The translations under genes were made by a program, and so were the position numbers. The notes beneath the pieces are model-generated. The model did no database searches and was not told where the DNA came from. It was given only the letters and a program-made list of their open reading frames with translations. From Tubiluchus corallicola (Eukaryota > Animalia > Priapulida), in assembly GCA_030141605.1 (NCBI GenBank), contig JAQGDQ010000404.1, positions 124,001 through 188,000 of the forward strand: a stretch of DNA of 64,000 nt, given 5' to 3'. Each line of letters starts with the position of its first letter. Positions within the stretch are counted from its first letter, which is position 1. This document shows, piece by piece, positions 26,801-41,711 of this stretch.

Positions 26801-29800
26801 ATGTGAGGTTACATTTTATCGTGATAGTCTTGCAGGTTTGCGGATTCATCACAATAGATCCTGCAGGCTGCAAAATGTGGACGTGAATAAATAACGCACA
26901 GATAAAAACAAAGGCAGATTTTCATCTTTATACATACTATCATATAGATTAAAATTAGTGTTTCAACCTGCTTGACTCGTTTGATTGTTGCCCTTGCTTG
27001 ATTTTTTTACTGCTTTTTCTTGTTTAGCTCGTAAAATGTTTAGAATAACTTTGTGTTCAGTTCACCGAAACATTGTGCACGAGTTCTATATTATGGCCGT
27101 GTTGTACTAATTTTAAATTTATCATTTTAGTTAGCTAAAATAATTTTATAGATTTTAATAAAATCGAATCTATACAACACCTTCATCTACGGTTTGGTCA
27201 CTCACTTTTTATGGTTAACATTACCTTGCTAGCAAACACGACGAGGCAATATTTACATAACCCGTGAATATTAAAATGGCATTTTATCAAGTATTTTATT
27301 TAAAAACACTCCAGTGCTTTTGCACGTTTAAGAACTATACCAGGACAGTGTAATTACGAACGCTGGCATTAAGCAGCTGCCACTCAGTATTTACGCATTG
27401 AGCTCGTTAGGTACTTTCACAACACGTGAGTTCATGCTCTTTTCTCCACACAGTGTTAATATTCGTGCAGAAGTTGTGTATTAATTGTGCAGAACAAACA
27501 GGAGTCAACTTGACGATGGATATGCTGCAGTCAGGATCAGCAAACATGAGATGGGGGAGTCATTGAAATGGCTTCTAGTGCCACTGCACAAGGCCGTTTA
27601 CAACATTGACATTCAAAGCATTGAATCAGTCCGTTCGAGTTCCTACAAATTCGTCATTCGCCAAAAAGTGACTTGTTGTACCAAACAAGTTGCGCAATTA
27701 AGTCACAGTATTTTTTCAGTGAGATTCATGTTATTTTTAGATTTTAATTTTGCAAGTCATTGGCGTGTTTTTTGTATTTTGCTAAATTTTGCTTGCAGTC
27801 AGACAATTTTCGAATCCATATTTACTTTTTCAAAAATTTAAACATTGAATGTTACTCAAAACTATTTAGATACTGCCCTGGATAAGAGTTTTAACAAGGG
27901 TTCTGCCCTGGATAAGAGTTTCAAAAAGTGTTCTGAAATACACACATCGTGTTTTGGATTCCTACACCAAAATTCTTATTGTTATTGGTATATTAATCAA
28001 ACACATTCTTGTTTTAATAGGCGTGGCAGTTCATGAATTTTGTGCAGGGCAAAGGCGAAAGACAGCAACTATTGGCTGACATTAACTACTTGATTATATT
28101 GCAACAGACATTTTAAAAGAACAACTAAATATAGTAAAAATCAATACTTTTTTTAAAAAAAAGATTCGTCACATTACTTTTATGGTTTCTGCTCCTCCTA
28201 TTTAAAAAGCCCCAAGATATGATAATTTAAAAGTAAAGGAAAGGAAAGTTCATAAGTTGATGAATTTCACACTGACAAAATCACCAAGGTTCCGGGCAGG
28301 ATCGAGGAACGCCCCATTCGTGCACGGTGTTTTGTCAGAATCACGTTTTGCACGTCAAGCACTTTCCTGATCGAATAAATATACACCACTACACCTATCA
28401 CTGAAACTCAATGTAGAAAACGCGTGATGATAACTAAATGTGTCAGTTATACCGATGAAGTGCAATTAAGTTATTTAGTTAGCGTATAGTGATATGTTTA
28501 GTCGATCTTCGCAAAGAGCTTCCACGTTTCATCTCATCAGCTATTCTCATCTTTAGAGAATACCTGTTGGCTTGAATAAGACTGTTAATACGCCTAAGAA
28601 AAATAATTTTATTATTGCTTGTAGTGATCACGCAAACCTACCAAATAGTCTGATTCTACCAGACTGTTCATGTTCACGTATGATTTTGACATGGTGCAGA
28701 ACTTCTGTAGGTCTACAAATATTAGCGCTAAATTGATTATAGATTAATTCGCTAAACAAAGGAAAATACTTGTATCTTTACTAACAAGTTATATTGCATT
28801 ATCATGATTCATAACGCAGTGAATATTAAAATAATCTTATTAATTATTTAGTTACAATCATCATCCGAATCGTTCAGTAATTGTTATAAAATCGTGGAAC
28901 TGTGCAGTTTAAAGACAATTCTAGGATAATTCTGTTGATTAATAGTTATCTGGTTTATGATTCGGAAAAATTCCCTCCCCGGAGTATTATTGCATATACC
29001 ATCGATTATTCTTTATTATTAAGTGGTCACTAACCCCACAAATTAACAGAAACCTGGGCCTAGTCTTGGAGAAACAAGAAATAGAATTGTTTGGGGTGGT
29101 CGTGTTCTTAAATAAATAGATTATACATTTTTTTATTTTTACATTTTTGTGAACTGTCGCAATTATCGTGAATACAGGTATCTCAAAAAGAAAAGAAAAG
29201 TTACTATATTTGACATCGGAGGTAAATTAACTACGAAATCCACTTGAAAAGCAGAATAGTACCGCAAGTGATGCAGCCCTTTTATAGCAAGTTCATGCCT
29301 ACTCCAATTAGGCATTAGCTCAGATTTTGCATAAATTAGGAGGTGAAAAGAACCAAAGTAATTATGCAAAGAACGTCTCAGACTTGTTGACACAATTTTT
29401 GTCTACAGTAAAACTCAATTTTAACCGAAACTTAGCCTAAACGAATAGCAGACTTGCATGATGGCGACACTGATAACGACTTTAAAACGTTTCTTTCTCA
29501 ATACATATTATTTCAACCAAAGCCAATTGCCACTTAATGTAGAAAGATGAAGATATAAACACAGGTCCAGAGAAACAAAATACATACAACTAATTTGCTA
29601 ACGAAAGACGGCATCTATTGATATCTTGGTGTATTTCTCGGTGAAATTAATTTTTCTGCTAGACAAGTTCACAGTTAAGTATCCCCAAGGATAGACCTGC
29701 ATTCATAAGTTCAAAGTAATCATGTGAGAAGCAGCGGAAAAGCAAGTACTTTACAAACAAACTGTTGGCGAAAAGGAGTCGGTGACGAGAGGTCCGTCCA

Positions 29801-31445
29801 AAGATAACAGGTTAATGTAGCAACTGGGGATAATGACATTGATAGTTACGATGAAGAATCTTATATTGCTAGAGAAAGTCAACAGTTATTCAGTGCATGA
29901 TAGTTTACGAGATTCGTACCCTTACTAAAAACTGTTAATTGAAAGAACTTCTCCTACGTAATAAACACTATTCAGAAATGTCTGTAGAATATTAGGATAA
30001 TCTAAACTAGAAGACTCTTGGATATACATAGTTACCCTGGAGCTGTGATGTCACCGACGGAAAGAATTATGAACACAATTAATATAAATGTGGTATTCTT
30101 GTTGTGAGACGTGCAAGGTAAAAAAGTCTGTTTGCAACAAAATTGTCTGTCTGACGCAATATGCCTCAGTCAAAATTTGCCAGCGCGCGGCAGCCTTTGT
30201 AGGAAGCAAATTGTATCATGAGTAACTTCAGTAAACCATCAGTAACAATTGCTTTTTAGCTTCTTAATAAGATGATTTTTGACTTTAAGCAGACTTTATA
30301 CGCCAATTAACGTCAAAAAAATCTACCCGGAATAACAAATGCCAGTAATCTCTTTACCTGCGTAACTTAAGCCACTTATCTTTTTAATCTTTTTTGAAGA
30401 TATACATACTCTCAGCGAAATTCTTATGTAGTGACTGAGTAGTGACTCAGTGTCATTAGTGACTATGTAGTCTCCATCTTTTTTTACAATGATACTTTAT
30501 TTTTCTGCTGCATCTCATTTATTATTTTAAAAGTATGCAGCGTTTTAGCAAAGACGTTTGATTCTTAGCAGAATTGATTATACACAATTGATCTCAAAAT
30601 CTAATGCAAATGATACCTGTATCTAATTTATACGAAAAATTTCAACATTCAACGTTGACACATTCAGCAGACGAATGTAGGAAAGTTTAGCACAAGTAAG
30701 TTTGGTACAGGTAATTTTGGCACAGGTAAATTTGGTACTATCATTTTAAGGTACAAGGAATTTTTGGTACTAGGAAAATCTGGTACGAGGAAAATTTGGT
30801 ACTAAACGAAAAAGAAAGCATTTCTATATCTCAGTATAAAATAATTGTTTCAACTAGAAAATAAAGTTTCTTTCAGCAGGGAGGAAATATGGTACTAGGA
30901 AAGTTTGATTTATTAAAAAATTCAGCAGAAGTTTTATCCCATCCATGAAGGAACATTTGAGAATTCGGGGAAAATGTGAAATGTCTCCAACTCACCATGC
31001 AAATTTTCCAAAGAGCTCGGTCAATTTGTTTTTTTTCAGGAAAATGATCACTTTCTGTGTTTTTGTACAAAAATTGTCAAACTACGATAAGAACATGGCA
31101 GTGACGGCTAATGACATCACTGGACAGAAGCGTCCTGCATAAACATAGTTTGGTTTCCCGTGAGGGCCACAGTATGGAGTGAGAACTGTACTTCTTGATG
31201 ATGATGATGACGATGACGACGATGATGATGATGACGATTTATGATGATGATGATGATGATGATGATGATATTGATGATGATGATGAGGACAACAAAAGCA
31301 GCAAGCAAGAACTAACATACAACAAGAATAACAACAACATCAGTAAAAACAACAATAGTAACAACTGTAGCAGCAACAACAACAATGACATCCAGAATAA
31401 TATAACAACAATAATAACAGCAACAAAACGACAAAAGTAACAATA

Positions 31446-31502
<57 letters not shown>

Positions 31503-32490
31503 TACATGTTGATGATGATAATGACGGTGGTGGTGGTAGTAGTAATCACAACAAAGGAGCGAGAAAGAAACAGACAAACAACAACAACAATGACAAATAA
31601 CAAACAGCAGACAAACAAACAAAGAGGAAGCGAAAAAAAACAAAAAAAAATGCACCAGCATGAGCCTCTATAACTTGCTCGAGTAGGTTATATAAAATAC
31701 ATTTTCCTAGTACCAAACTTTCTGGGTACTAAACAATCCTAGTACCAAACTTGTTCTGTACCATTTTTACCTTGTACCATATTTACTTGTATAAAAAATG
31801 CCTGACAAAACTTCGTTATTACCATATTTACCAGTACCATATTTTCCTGTACTAAACTTACCTGTATCAAACTTACTGGTACCAAACTTACCTCGCACCA
31901 CATCAGACACATGAAAGAACAATGAAGTGACATTAATGTTTCTGGTCACCCAGATGGACACCTCTAAAGCTGTATACAAGTACAAACGATAATTGTGTCG
32001 CCTTCTTTGAAAGAGTTGTGGGTGCGCAATATTTTTGCTTGTGCAATGATGACGAAGAGCCGCGGCGGCGGCGGCGGCGGCGACGACGATGATGATGATG
32101 ATGAATTTGTTGTTAATGAATTTGGCAATGGTGATGTTGGTAGTAGTGATGATATTGGTGGTGATAGTAATGTGGTGTGGTGATATGGTAGTAGTGGTTG
32201 TTGGTGTTGATGATGGTGACAAACAAAGATATTGATGCTGCCATCAGCATCACCAACAATGACGTTGAATATGTTCTGCTGCTGCTGTAACACGCTTACC
32301 ATTTCCATTCTCGCCCTTCTCTGTAGACGATGGTAAAGAGGCTTTCGATGATTAGTCCCAATATAGCCAGAGCCAGTATCCAGAAGAACTCGTCGTCCGT
32401 GACGTCAGTTACTCGCCAGATGGAGATGAAGCCATGAAGAGCGAAGATCACTCGCACAATCACAGCTTTCATTATCACAAAACACAACAT
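17814..32490 (-). CDS. TMEM26: Transmembrane protein 26-like, ~385 aa
   Basis: Exons 32490-32300, 19954-19798, 18889-18577, 18310-17814, GT-AG and in phase (1158 nt). TMEM26 motifs: [98 protein letters not shown]. Confidence 0.95.
20150..22310. mobile_element. ~2.1 kb segment bounded by ~85-bp inverted repeats (non-autonomous DNA element or inverted repeat pair)
   Basis: Left ACTACACCACAAAGGTACTCTGACTTTTCAGACTTAGAAACTTACACT...TAGAGGTCTAT; reverse complement of 22225-22308 reads ATTACACCACAGAAGTACACTGGCTTTTCAGACTTAGAAATTTACACT...TAGAGGTCTAT. Confidence 0.65.
21385..21660 (+). repeat. Purine-rich (GA) low-complexity tract
   Basis: Strong A/G bias on the + strand; accounts for the F/S/L-rich minus-strand ORFs here. 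Confidence 0.7.
24627..24807. mobile_element. 181-bp Tc1/pogo (Tigger-like) MITE
   Basis: Left CAGTAAAATTTCGATATAACGCC; right end reverse complement CAGTCAAACCTCGTTATAATGCC; TA on the left flank, CA on the right. Confidence 0.7.
27874..27934. repeat. Tandem duplication, 30 bp x2
   Basis: TGCCCTGGATAAGAGTTT(T/C)AA(C/A)AAG(G/T)GTTC twice in tandem. Confidence 0.85.
30678..31900. mobile_element. Foldback-type element with inverted arrays of a ~15-bp unit, enclosing microsatellites
   Basis: Left array 30678-30905 of AGG(T/A)AA(G/A)TTTGGTAC-like units; right array 31700-31900 of the reverse complement GTACCAAACTT(A/T)CCT. Confidence 0.75.
31195..31625. repeat. Compound microsatellite (GAT)n/(AAC)n/(GAT)n
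   Basis: GAT runs at 31195-31285 and 31446-31520, AAC-rich tracts between and after. Confidence 0.95.
32060..32220. repeat. Compound microsatellite (GCG)n-(GAC)n-(GAT)n then GGT/GAT-rich
   Basis: Directly visible; about 80-240 nt inside the first TMEM26 intron. Confidence 0.9.
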
Positions 32491-33018
32491 GGTGAATTGT
32501 TATAAGTTTGGAAACCGATTTAAAATATAAATATATGCCTTTTCTCAACAGGTGAAACGTTTGCAGCGCACGTTACATTGCAGCAGGAAGTTTGACGACT
32601 CATTCATAGCGTGGGAATTAAATTAGCGTTTACAACTTTTTATGTGCTTTTGTAAAAATTCAAGCTTTGCATTAATTTTTTCTAATTTTCCGTCGAGTGC
32701 GTCCTTATTATGCGCATGCTAATCAGCAATGAGTCGGCCGTTTAATGTACTAGCTTACATGGGCTTCGCGACTTTACCGCATGCGCAGAAGTAATATCTT
32801 GGTCCTGACCTTAGTTCAAAAACTAGTTACCAAAATATGAGAAGGCAATTTACTCGTCTTGTTGCTCGCTTTAGACGCCATTTTAGATGTTCTATTTTTA
32901 CAATTACAATTACAATATCTTTATTATCTATTTTCACAAAATGAAACGTTAGCAGACATGCTGAATGACATTCAAAACCAGACAGCGACCTAATGAGAAA
33001 CTGAGGCTAAAAATAGGA

Positions 33019-33303
33019 CATATGCATACGGGCCGATTTTTCCAGAGAGGCTGAGCCACTTTTGCCCGAAAAATTCATGCAGAGTAAACTTCGTGTCGAA
33101 AATTACCTCACCCCACCCCATAATAAAAAAATGCCCGGATTTCGGGTACTTCATTTGGCGGCATGGAGAAATTTCGAGATTTCCATTCATAAAAATATTA
33201 TTTTATTTTTTCATCATTTGTCCTGTGCCCGAAAAAAATGTGTTTGCCCTGAGGGGGGCTGCAGCAGCCTTCTCAGCCCCACCCCCTGGCTCGCACGTCT
33301 AAG
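33019..33303. mobile_element. 285-bp hAT-type MITE
   Basis: Imperfect TIR CATATGCATACGGGCC versus reverse complement CTTAGACGTGCGAGCC; 8-bp TSD AAATAGGA / GAATAGGA (7/8); internal TGCCCGAAAAA repeats. Confidence 0.75.
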
Positions 33304-35589
33304 GAATAGGACTCCACACAGGTTTATCCTACAGTACAATACTGTTAGGAAAATCAGAAAATTCCCGCCACTTCTTACGTCAGAAAATTTTTAGGACCCT
33401 ACTCATCAGGTAATCTAAACGTGTGTGTTAGACATTTTTGTTTGAGTCGCTTATTAACTGAAACGAAATATTTATCAAAGTTACACTTTTAGAAAACTAC
33501 TTTTTGCAGTTTTTAGTCAAAACCGAATTCATGTTGAATCTGGTAGGATGGGCCACATTCAAAAATTATAAAGCGTATGTCCATTTGCAATAAATTTGTA
33601 AGTTTTTTCTGACTCATATTTTTGCAACTAATAATATATAGTATAAGCTTGAAATAAATGGACGATAATTAGTGAAATGGTAATAAAATAGTAAAATGCT
33701 TACTAGTTTAGTTATTTTGGCTTTAAAACTGCATTGGTGGCGGCATTTTCAGACAAAAAGACCCCTTGAATAACTCTTGCTACATTAGATCCTATGCAAT
33801 ATAAGCCTAAGCTGGTAATACATTTTTGCCATGTAACAATATGTTTCCTAGCTGAAATATTTTAACTTTAAAGGAGCATTAGTAGACATTTTGAAACAAA
33901 GTGACTATAAATGACCTTGAAATATTGTTTTTCTGTTAGACCACACACAGTTTTAGGGAAATGCATATTTGTCGCCTTAAATGTTACCTACTTGAATTAT
34001 TTTGACCTTAATACTGCAGTGGCGGCCATTTAGAAACAAAATGACTTTGAATGGTCTTTCACGTAGTTGATCAATATTACAAGCTAAGAAAAAAATTATG
34101 CAATTGTCATTGCACACTTATAACTTGATCTCAATATTATACTCATAAATATCAAAACAACGAAATTCATAAACGTAAGGCAAGCTGATTTATTCAAAGG
34201 GACCAAAATAAATAAATTTGAACTTGTAAACATCATACCACGGCCATCTAATACAGACGTCATCTGGACTGTAATTTTTACTATTTGCAAGCAGCAGCAG
34301 TTATTTACAAAAAGGCTGATTCACATTAAGTAACTTTGTAAACGAGGGGAAATTATATTGCGATATTGCCATAAATAATAATTCAGAAGGAATAAACGAA
34401 AAAAATACACAACCTAGTACACCTGAATTGAGAGAGCAACCAACTGCTGCTAACAGATGCACTGAAGTCCTATTTTAAGTTTTAAGGTGAACAGTTCAAG
34501 AAAAAGGCAAATTGTGAAATTAGCTTATTAGAGCATAAGGTAAGCCTGTTACATCATTCGATGGGCGAAGCTGTAAGTGTCTGCGTATTGGTTGTTCTTG
34601 TTTAACCTTAGTCTATTCTTCATTTTTCTGCTCTTGTGTGGTTTGACAAATTCACTTGATGTGTTTGAGAACTTTGATGGTGTTTCTGCTTTAAAATTTA
34701 GAATGAAGTACCAGTGTCGTTGTTGCTGTACTGCTGGATGTTGGTGCTGCTCTAAATTACAACTTTTCTTGCTGCTTTTATATACATTTGCAGCATCTTC
34801 ACATTTTAACGCAAAGTAAATTTCACACTCGTGTTTTCAGGTTGTACGTAAGGCAAGAATACACTTACCCACTTTCTTAATATTAGAACTGGCCTTAGTT
34901 AGGCAACGATAGGAAGAATTGGATGACATTTCCCTTTAGCTGAATGACTCCAGTTAGTTTAAACAAATATTTTTATTTGAAGAAAAGATTACAACCACAT
35001 ATGCATAAGTAATAAATACAAACGTAATGATTCAAATACTGGTTTGCTAACAAGAAGAACCTATTTTAAAGCCTTTCAGAGCGAAAATGTATCAGTTATA
35101 CAAATTCCGAACCTAGACAATCAGAAAAGTAGTTATTCAGCTAAAAATGAAACAAGAATAGTTATGTAACTTGTTGTTAAGTGAGTGGGTGAATGAAAGG
35201 ATGGGACAAATTAGTTATAATCTGTTCGATGTTGATGTAAGTCTGTAAGAATAGAATGAACGAAGGAAAGACTAATGAAAGAAGTCTGAAGAGAGATGGT
35301 GATCACGGGAACGCAAGAGCATAAATAATTTGCTCTGTAGGGTAGGATTCAAAGAGTTTAATAGAGAAAAATTAATTTTGTTCATTAAAGCGCCCACTAT
35401 ACGTAATGAAAAAAAGACGGCAGATACTCTAGCATAGTTACATTCGAGAGAAAGTGAGGTATCACATAGTACTATTTGGATATTATTCTGAGTGAATGCG
35501 TTTAAAGAAAAATTGCACTGGGTACGGATTTGTCGGTAAAGTGGGCCAGTAGAGTAGAAAATGGTTAGGATCTTCATAGAGGGGACCAC

Positions 35590-36370
35590 AAGATCATCAT
35601 CATCATCATTCCAATGTATCATACGTCCAGGGACATGATTCTGTTCACCTCCCTATACCAGGACTTCCTACTCGCTGCAACGCCCTAAGTGCATTTATCT
35701 CTAAGGATCAGTGCTGAAGTGTTTAAATCTTTCTGTGCAAAATCCAATTATATTAACATTTGTCTTCCTGCAGGTTTTTTGGTTGGTTCTATGGCTTGTT
35801 GAAGAGGTCTTCACTGGATTGTCATCAGATAGTCTAAGCATATGCCCAATTCATCTTAGACGACGTCTTTTTATTTTTCTTGTCCAAGGTTCTTCTTTTA
35901 TTTTTTTATTATATATCTTTATTTGAGATTTTCTTTGGCCACCTGTTACCCAAAATGTTTCTGTAATTTCGTCTTTGAAACGCATCGATTTCAGTCCAAA
36001 AATAAATCTTCCTATTCTCAAAAACTTTTGTGAGTTTTGAATAAGCTGATAATGGCATTATCTTCCGTCTTGATATGTCATCTTCTGTTGCTACCGAGAT
36101 ACTTGCATTTTTCCATGATTCATCATGGCGTGTTATGTGAACTCTTCAGTTTTATTTTTGTTTACTTCGACATCCATTCTTTTCAGTTTTTCTTCTAATG
36201 AGTGTTTTATTTCATCTAATTCTTCTTTGTTTCTTGTAATCCATGCCACATCATCAGCATACTGCGTAGGCATAGTGGTTGACATAGTTTGTAGAGAGCT
36301 GTAACTGTGTTCTTGTCTTACTTCATTTGGTATTAATTCAGGATCAAACATTTCAAGTGCAATGTGACTG
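35590..36370 (-). mobile_element. Decayed 3' fragment of an RTE-like LINE reverse transcriptase
   Basis: ORF 36133-36351 has QYADD and VNKNKTE; downstream broken frames read DAFQRR..ILGNRWPKKISN and IKRRRLRWIGHMLRL; (GAT)n tail on the minus strand at 35593-35610. Confidence 0.8.
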
Positions 36371-36760
36371 CCGTCAGGTCACTTCCTATTTTAGTAGCAG
36401 GTCTCCATAATTTCCTGGCAGCATTCTTAATAAGTCCTGGCTGATTTAGTTTCACAAGCAGTTACTGTATCTCTGTTGCTGACAGAGATTTAACTGCAAC
36501 AGAATGGACGTATTACTTGAAGTTCATTGCGACATCGAAGAACACAAAATCATGTTCCCCAATAATGAATGTGGCTTATGGCTAGCTGATGAAAGACGAT
36601 TGTCTGCATGAATTGCTGATTATGGAAACTGGCGCGTGCTATGTGATATCCACATTTTTTATAATTTCCATGCGTTTTACAAACTACCATTGAGTAACTT
36701 AAATTAATTTAATTAAAATTTCTTTAACTCCTTTGTATTTCGTAAATAATACATTTGTAT

Positions 36761-37762
36761 TTACCAATTAAAATGCATTCCAGTTAGCTGATAAAATTTT
36801 TCGTTCTTTAAACGATAATAATCTTTAAGCTTGTTCAGTATATTTGCATCAACGTAAGGATGGAGGCGACCTTTGGTGTCTCCTAAACATCTTCCAGGCC
36901 TTCCTTTCTTTAAACAATAAAATCCTTTCGTTTCGTTGAAGTAAATATTGTCCTTCGTAACAAGGTGATCTAAGCCCAAGAAGCTTTCTACCTTTGAAAT
37001 TTCTCTTATGGGATCTTTGATTAGTTGATCACCATTTACAATATGAATTTGTTCAGGCGGAAAGTATGCTAACCAACGTTTTAAATGTTTGCAGTAATTG
37101 CCCCTGTCTAACATTTCACCAAACGTTTTGCGATAGCTTTCAATCAGAGCAAACTCTCCAAATGTCGCGTGACACACTTCTTTGTAGTATGGGTCACTGT
37201 AGCACATTTCCATATAATCGGAAACAGCCCTTTTCACTGGATCTCGTACTAGCAGTACAAGCTTAACCGTAGTATTCAAATTTTCATAGATACGAGAAGG
37301 TGCATCGATGTTAGCAAAGTAGCTTGGACTTTTCTCGATTGTGATATGGTAGGAAGATGAATATGGCATAAAACCGCGGTACCGTTCTAAACCAGTAGAG
37401 TAAAATTGATGGTTACTGAAAAAATGTGTTTCTTTTTTAGCCGCTGCTATTTTTGGATGAAGATCAAGCAAGTTTATCAAAAACCTGGTGCCACATTTCT
37501 TAGCACCTATTATTATACACTGCGGCAAACGGCGACGGTTATCTTGAGTGCCAGGAAGGTCTGTGTTCTGATTATCTGAGATATGACGTCCAGTGCTTGT
37601 ATTTATATTATACCTGCTTCTGATCGACTTGTCTAATTTATTCTTGTTGAAAGTAATCAGCAGTAAAATCAGATTTGCACAAAAAAGTGCAAATATATAA
37701 ACGTAAATATTAACTACTCTTCTACTTTTGCCGCTGAACTGAGATATTATCCTTGGCATCAT
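36761..37762 (-). CDS. Heparan sulfate glucosamine 3-O-sulfotransferase-like (HS3ST1/5 family), 333 aa, single coding exon
   Basis: Type II TM segment; RRLPQCIIIGAKKCGTR (5'-PSB), ETHFF, IEKSPSYF, VRDPVKRAVSDY (3'-PB), QIHIVNGDQLI, YFNETKGFYCL, CLGDTKGRLHP, terminal FNW. Acceptor TTTACAG just upstream of the ATG implies a 5' UTR intron. Confidence 0.93.
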   Translation of the reverse strand: MMPRIISQFSGKSRRVVNIYVYIFALFCANLILLLITFNKNKLDKSIRSRYNINTSTGRHISDNQNTDLPGTQDNRRRLPQCIIIGAKKCGTRFLINLLDLHPKIAAAKKETHFFSNHQFYSTGLERYRGFMPYSSSYHITIEKSPSYFANIDAPSRIYENLNTTVKLVLLVRDPVKRAVSDYMEMCYSDPYYKEVCHATFGEFALIESYRKTFGEMLDRGNYCKHLKRWLAYFPPEQIHIVNGDQLIKDPIREISKVESFLGLDHLVTKDNIYFNETKGFYCLKKGRPGRCLGDTKGRLHPYVDANILNKLKDYYRLKNEKFYQLTGMHFNW

Positions 37763-38899
37763 GATAATCTGTAAAAAATAAATTAATTTTACTTTGCTTT
37801 AGTTATTTGCGACACTCGTACAATCTACACAACGGTCTTAGGTAACATTACCTGCTCAAATGAATACATTTGATGCGAGATGAAAACTTGAAAAAACTTT
37901 TAGTGATATCTTTTAACACGAAGTGTACGTATATAATACCTATTAAAATATGTATACAACTACGCGTGTGTAATTAAGAGTTTTTATTAATGAATCTGCC
38001 GCTGTCAGCGGCTAATTTTCCAAACCGCTCAAGTATGAAACTGTAATAAAAGATCACCATGCTAGTAAAAACGTTGGTAATTCAGACGTACAACAATTTC
38101 ACATTTCACCTGCATTTTTTAAGAAGCAAGGCACTAATAAAATAAGATCTAAAAATTGTTAAATACATATTTGTTAAATAGATATAACATACAGGTTAAA
38201 AATCACTTGTTGATGACACGAATAAGCTTGGTTAAATACCTACGTTTTCTACTTATACAGACCAGGTGAAATTGGTAGCCACAAGCAACAGTTTAGTAGG
38301 CTAATTATCAGATTGTGGGTCAAGTGATTAGGAATTATCTAAAGACAGCAGATACATATAACATATTCGTGTAACAACCAGTAATTGCACAATGCGATAG
38401 CATACAACTTTTATTAATCATTATTCGCACTTTCAAGTCTGATATATCTAATAACGTTTGTTATATTACTAAAAGGCTATGTAAAAACAAATACGTAAAC
38501 TAAAAAAATTAAAGTCCTACACTGACCAAAGAAGTCTGAACACACTGCAATATAACACAGGCTTAAAAGTCAAAAAGATATGATACACTTCATGTCTGTT
38601 GTGAGTCAGTTACAATTTGATAGACACATTCTCCATGTTTTATTCTTACTTAAAAACAACCAAACTAGGGTAAGATAATGGAGGTGTAGAACTCGTTTAA
38701 ACAGAAAAATAGTGGAATATAGATAAACATGGCACAGGAAAAAATGGCACGGATGGAGTAGTAGGAAAATGGCACGTGTTATTTTGATGCAAATGATTTC
38801 TATCATAAAACTAGAAAGGATTCAGTAGGGAGAGCAGATCTCCGCCAAAGCCAGACAATCCTAAACATGTTCGTCTGATTCTTGTGATGGAAAAAACAT

Positions 38900-40490
<1,591 letters not shown>

Positions 40491-41711
40491 CTTCATCATC
40501 TTCAAGGTTGTTGTATTTTATTAACTTTATACGCAATGGTTTTTATATGCGTATTCCATTTCATGTTAACGTCTAAATATAGTCCAAGATATATGATGCA
40601 TTAACAAAGATAAACAAGCAAACATACCAAAATATACATGTAGAAGTATTATATAAATTAGAAAAAGACTCACAAAATATTCTGTTAATCAAATGGAATT
40701 ATAATCAATAATGCACGAACATTTTTTAACCATTTTGGTGATAATAATAGACTGACAAATATACGTATTTACGTACTAAGCCAGCTTATAAGGTTATGTA
40801 CATGTATAAGCAAAGGTTATAGACAGCGTCACGCGGTTTTCCGGGCAAGAATTGATCGAAACGGAACCTGGAACTATAACGTACTTGTTTGTCCTGCTGC
40901 CGACTGGTGGAGATAATAAAAAAGAATATAAAAGAGATTTTTTATACGGGATGGCTGGTCAAATTTTGTGAAAGAACAGGCGAAATTTTGGCGGTTTTCT
41001 CCCCTCCCCCAGTACAAGAATATGCGTCAAAATACATTTTCCCCTAGGCATCTTCTCCATATACTTTCGTGAAAATCTGTTAAGTAGTTTTTGCGTGAAA
41101 GAATTACTGCTATATAACAAACAAAAAACAACTAAACAAACAAATAGCGTTGAAGCTTCCTTGGTGCAGATGAAATAACTAAAATAATTATCTCTTTTAA
41201 AACCTTAACCATAAACTCATATTTCATAAGTGTTCCATTTTTCATATTTTTCCATTTGTGCCCTCTTTTCCTATGTCATTTTTACCTGTGCCAATTTTAC
41301 ATGAGCCACTTTTATGGTGCACCGACCAACATGCATGTCTATATCATAACTGCGTCTATATATACTGTTTGAGTACTCAGATGAAAAAAAATAGTTAGTT
41401 TTTAACACACATGCTTTACGGGAAAAGCTGCAAATTTGTCACTGTCAAATCAAAATTATTCTTCACTGTAATTTATCACATTTTTTTATTTTATTTTTCA
41501 TGAATCTATTTCTTGGTTGGTGGTATCGGTGGATTGTATGGATAGATTTATATTGGCAACGCCATAAAAAAATAATGGATATTTCATAATTTTTGTAATT
41601 AGGTTTCTAGATAAAAATTCTGAATTGGTCTACAGGTGAGCACAATCATTAGCGATCCTCCTGGTGTACGCTTATGTTCTATAGATATATGTGTGCAGTA
41701 AAGCTTGACGC

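Noticed and set aside
30678-30905. Short repeat array as a possible CRISPR
   Set aside because: Head-to-tail ~15-bp units without unique spacers, no cas genes, eukaryotic context.
31082-32308. Many ORFs with poly-H/M/D/I/S runs
   Set aside because: Translations of trinucleotide microsatellites and the 15-bp array in an intron.
34549-34837. ~95-codon stop-free frame on the minus strand
   Set aside because: No early ATG, no convincing acceptor and no recognisable motif.
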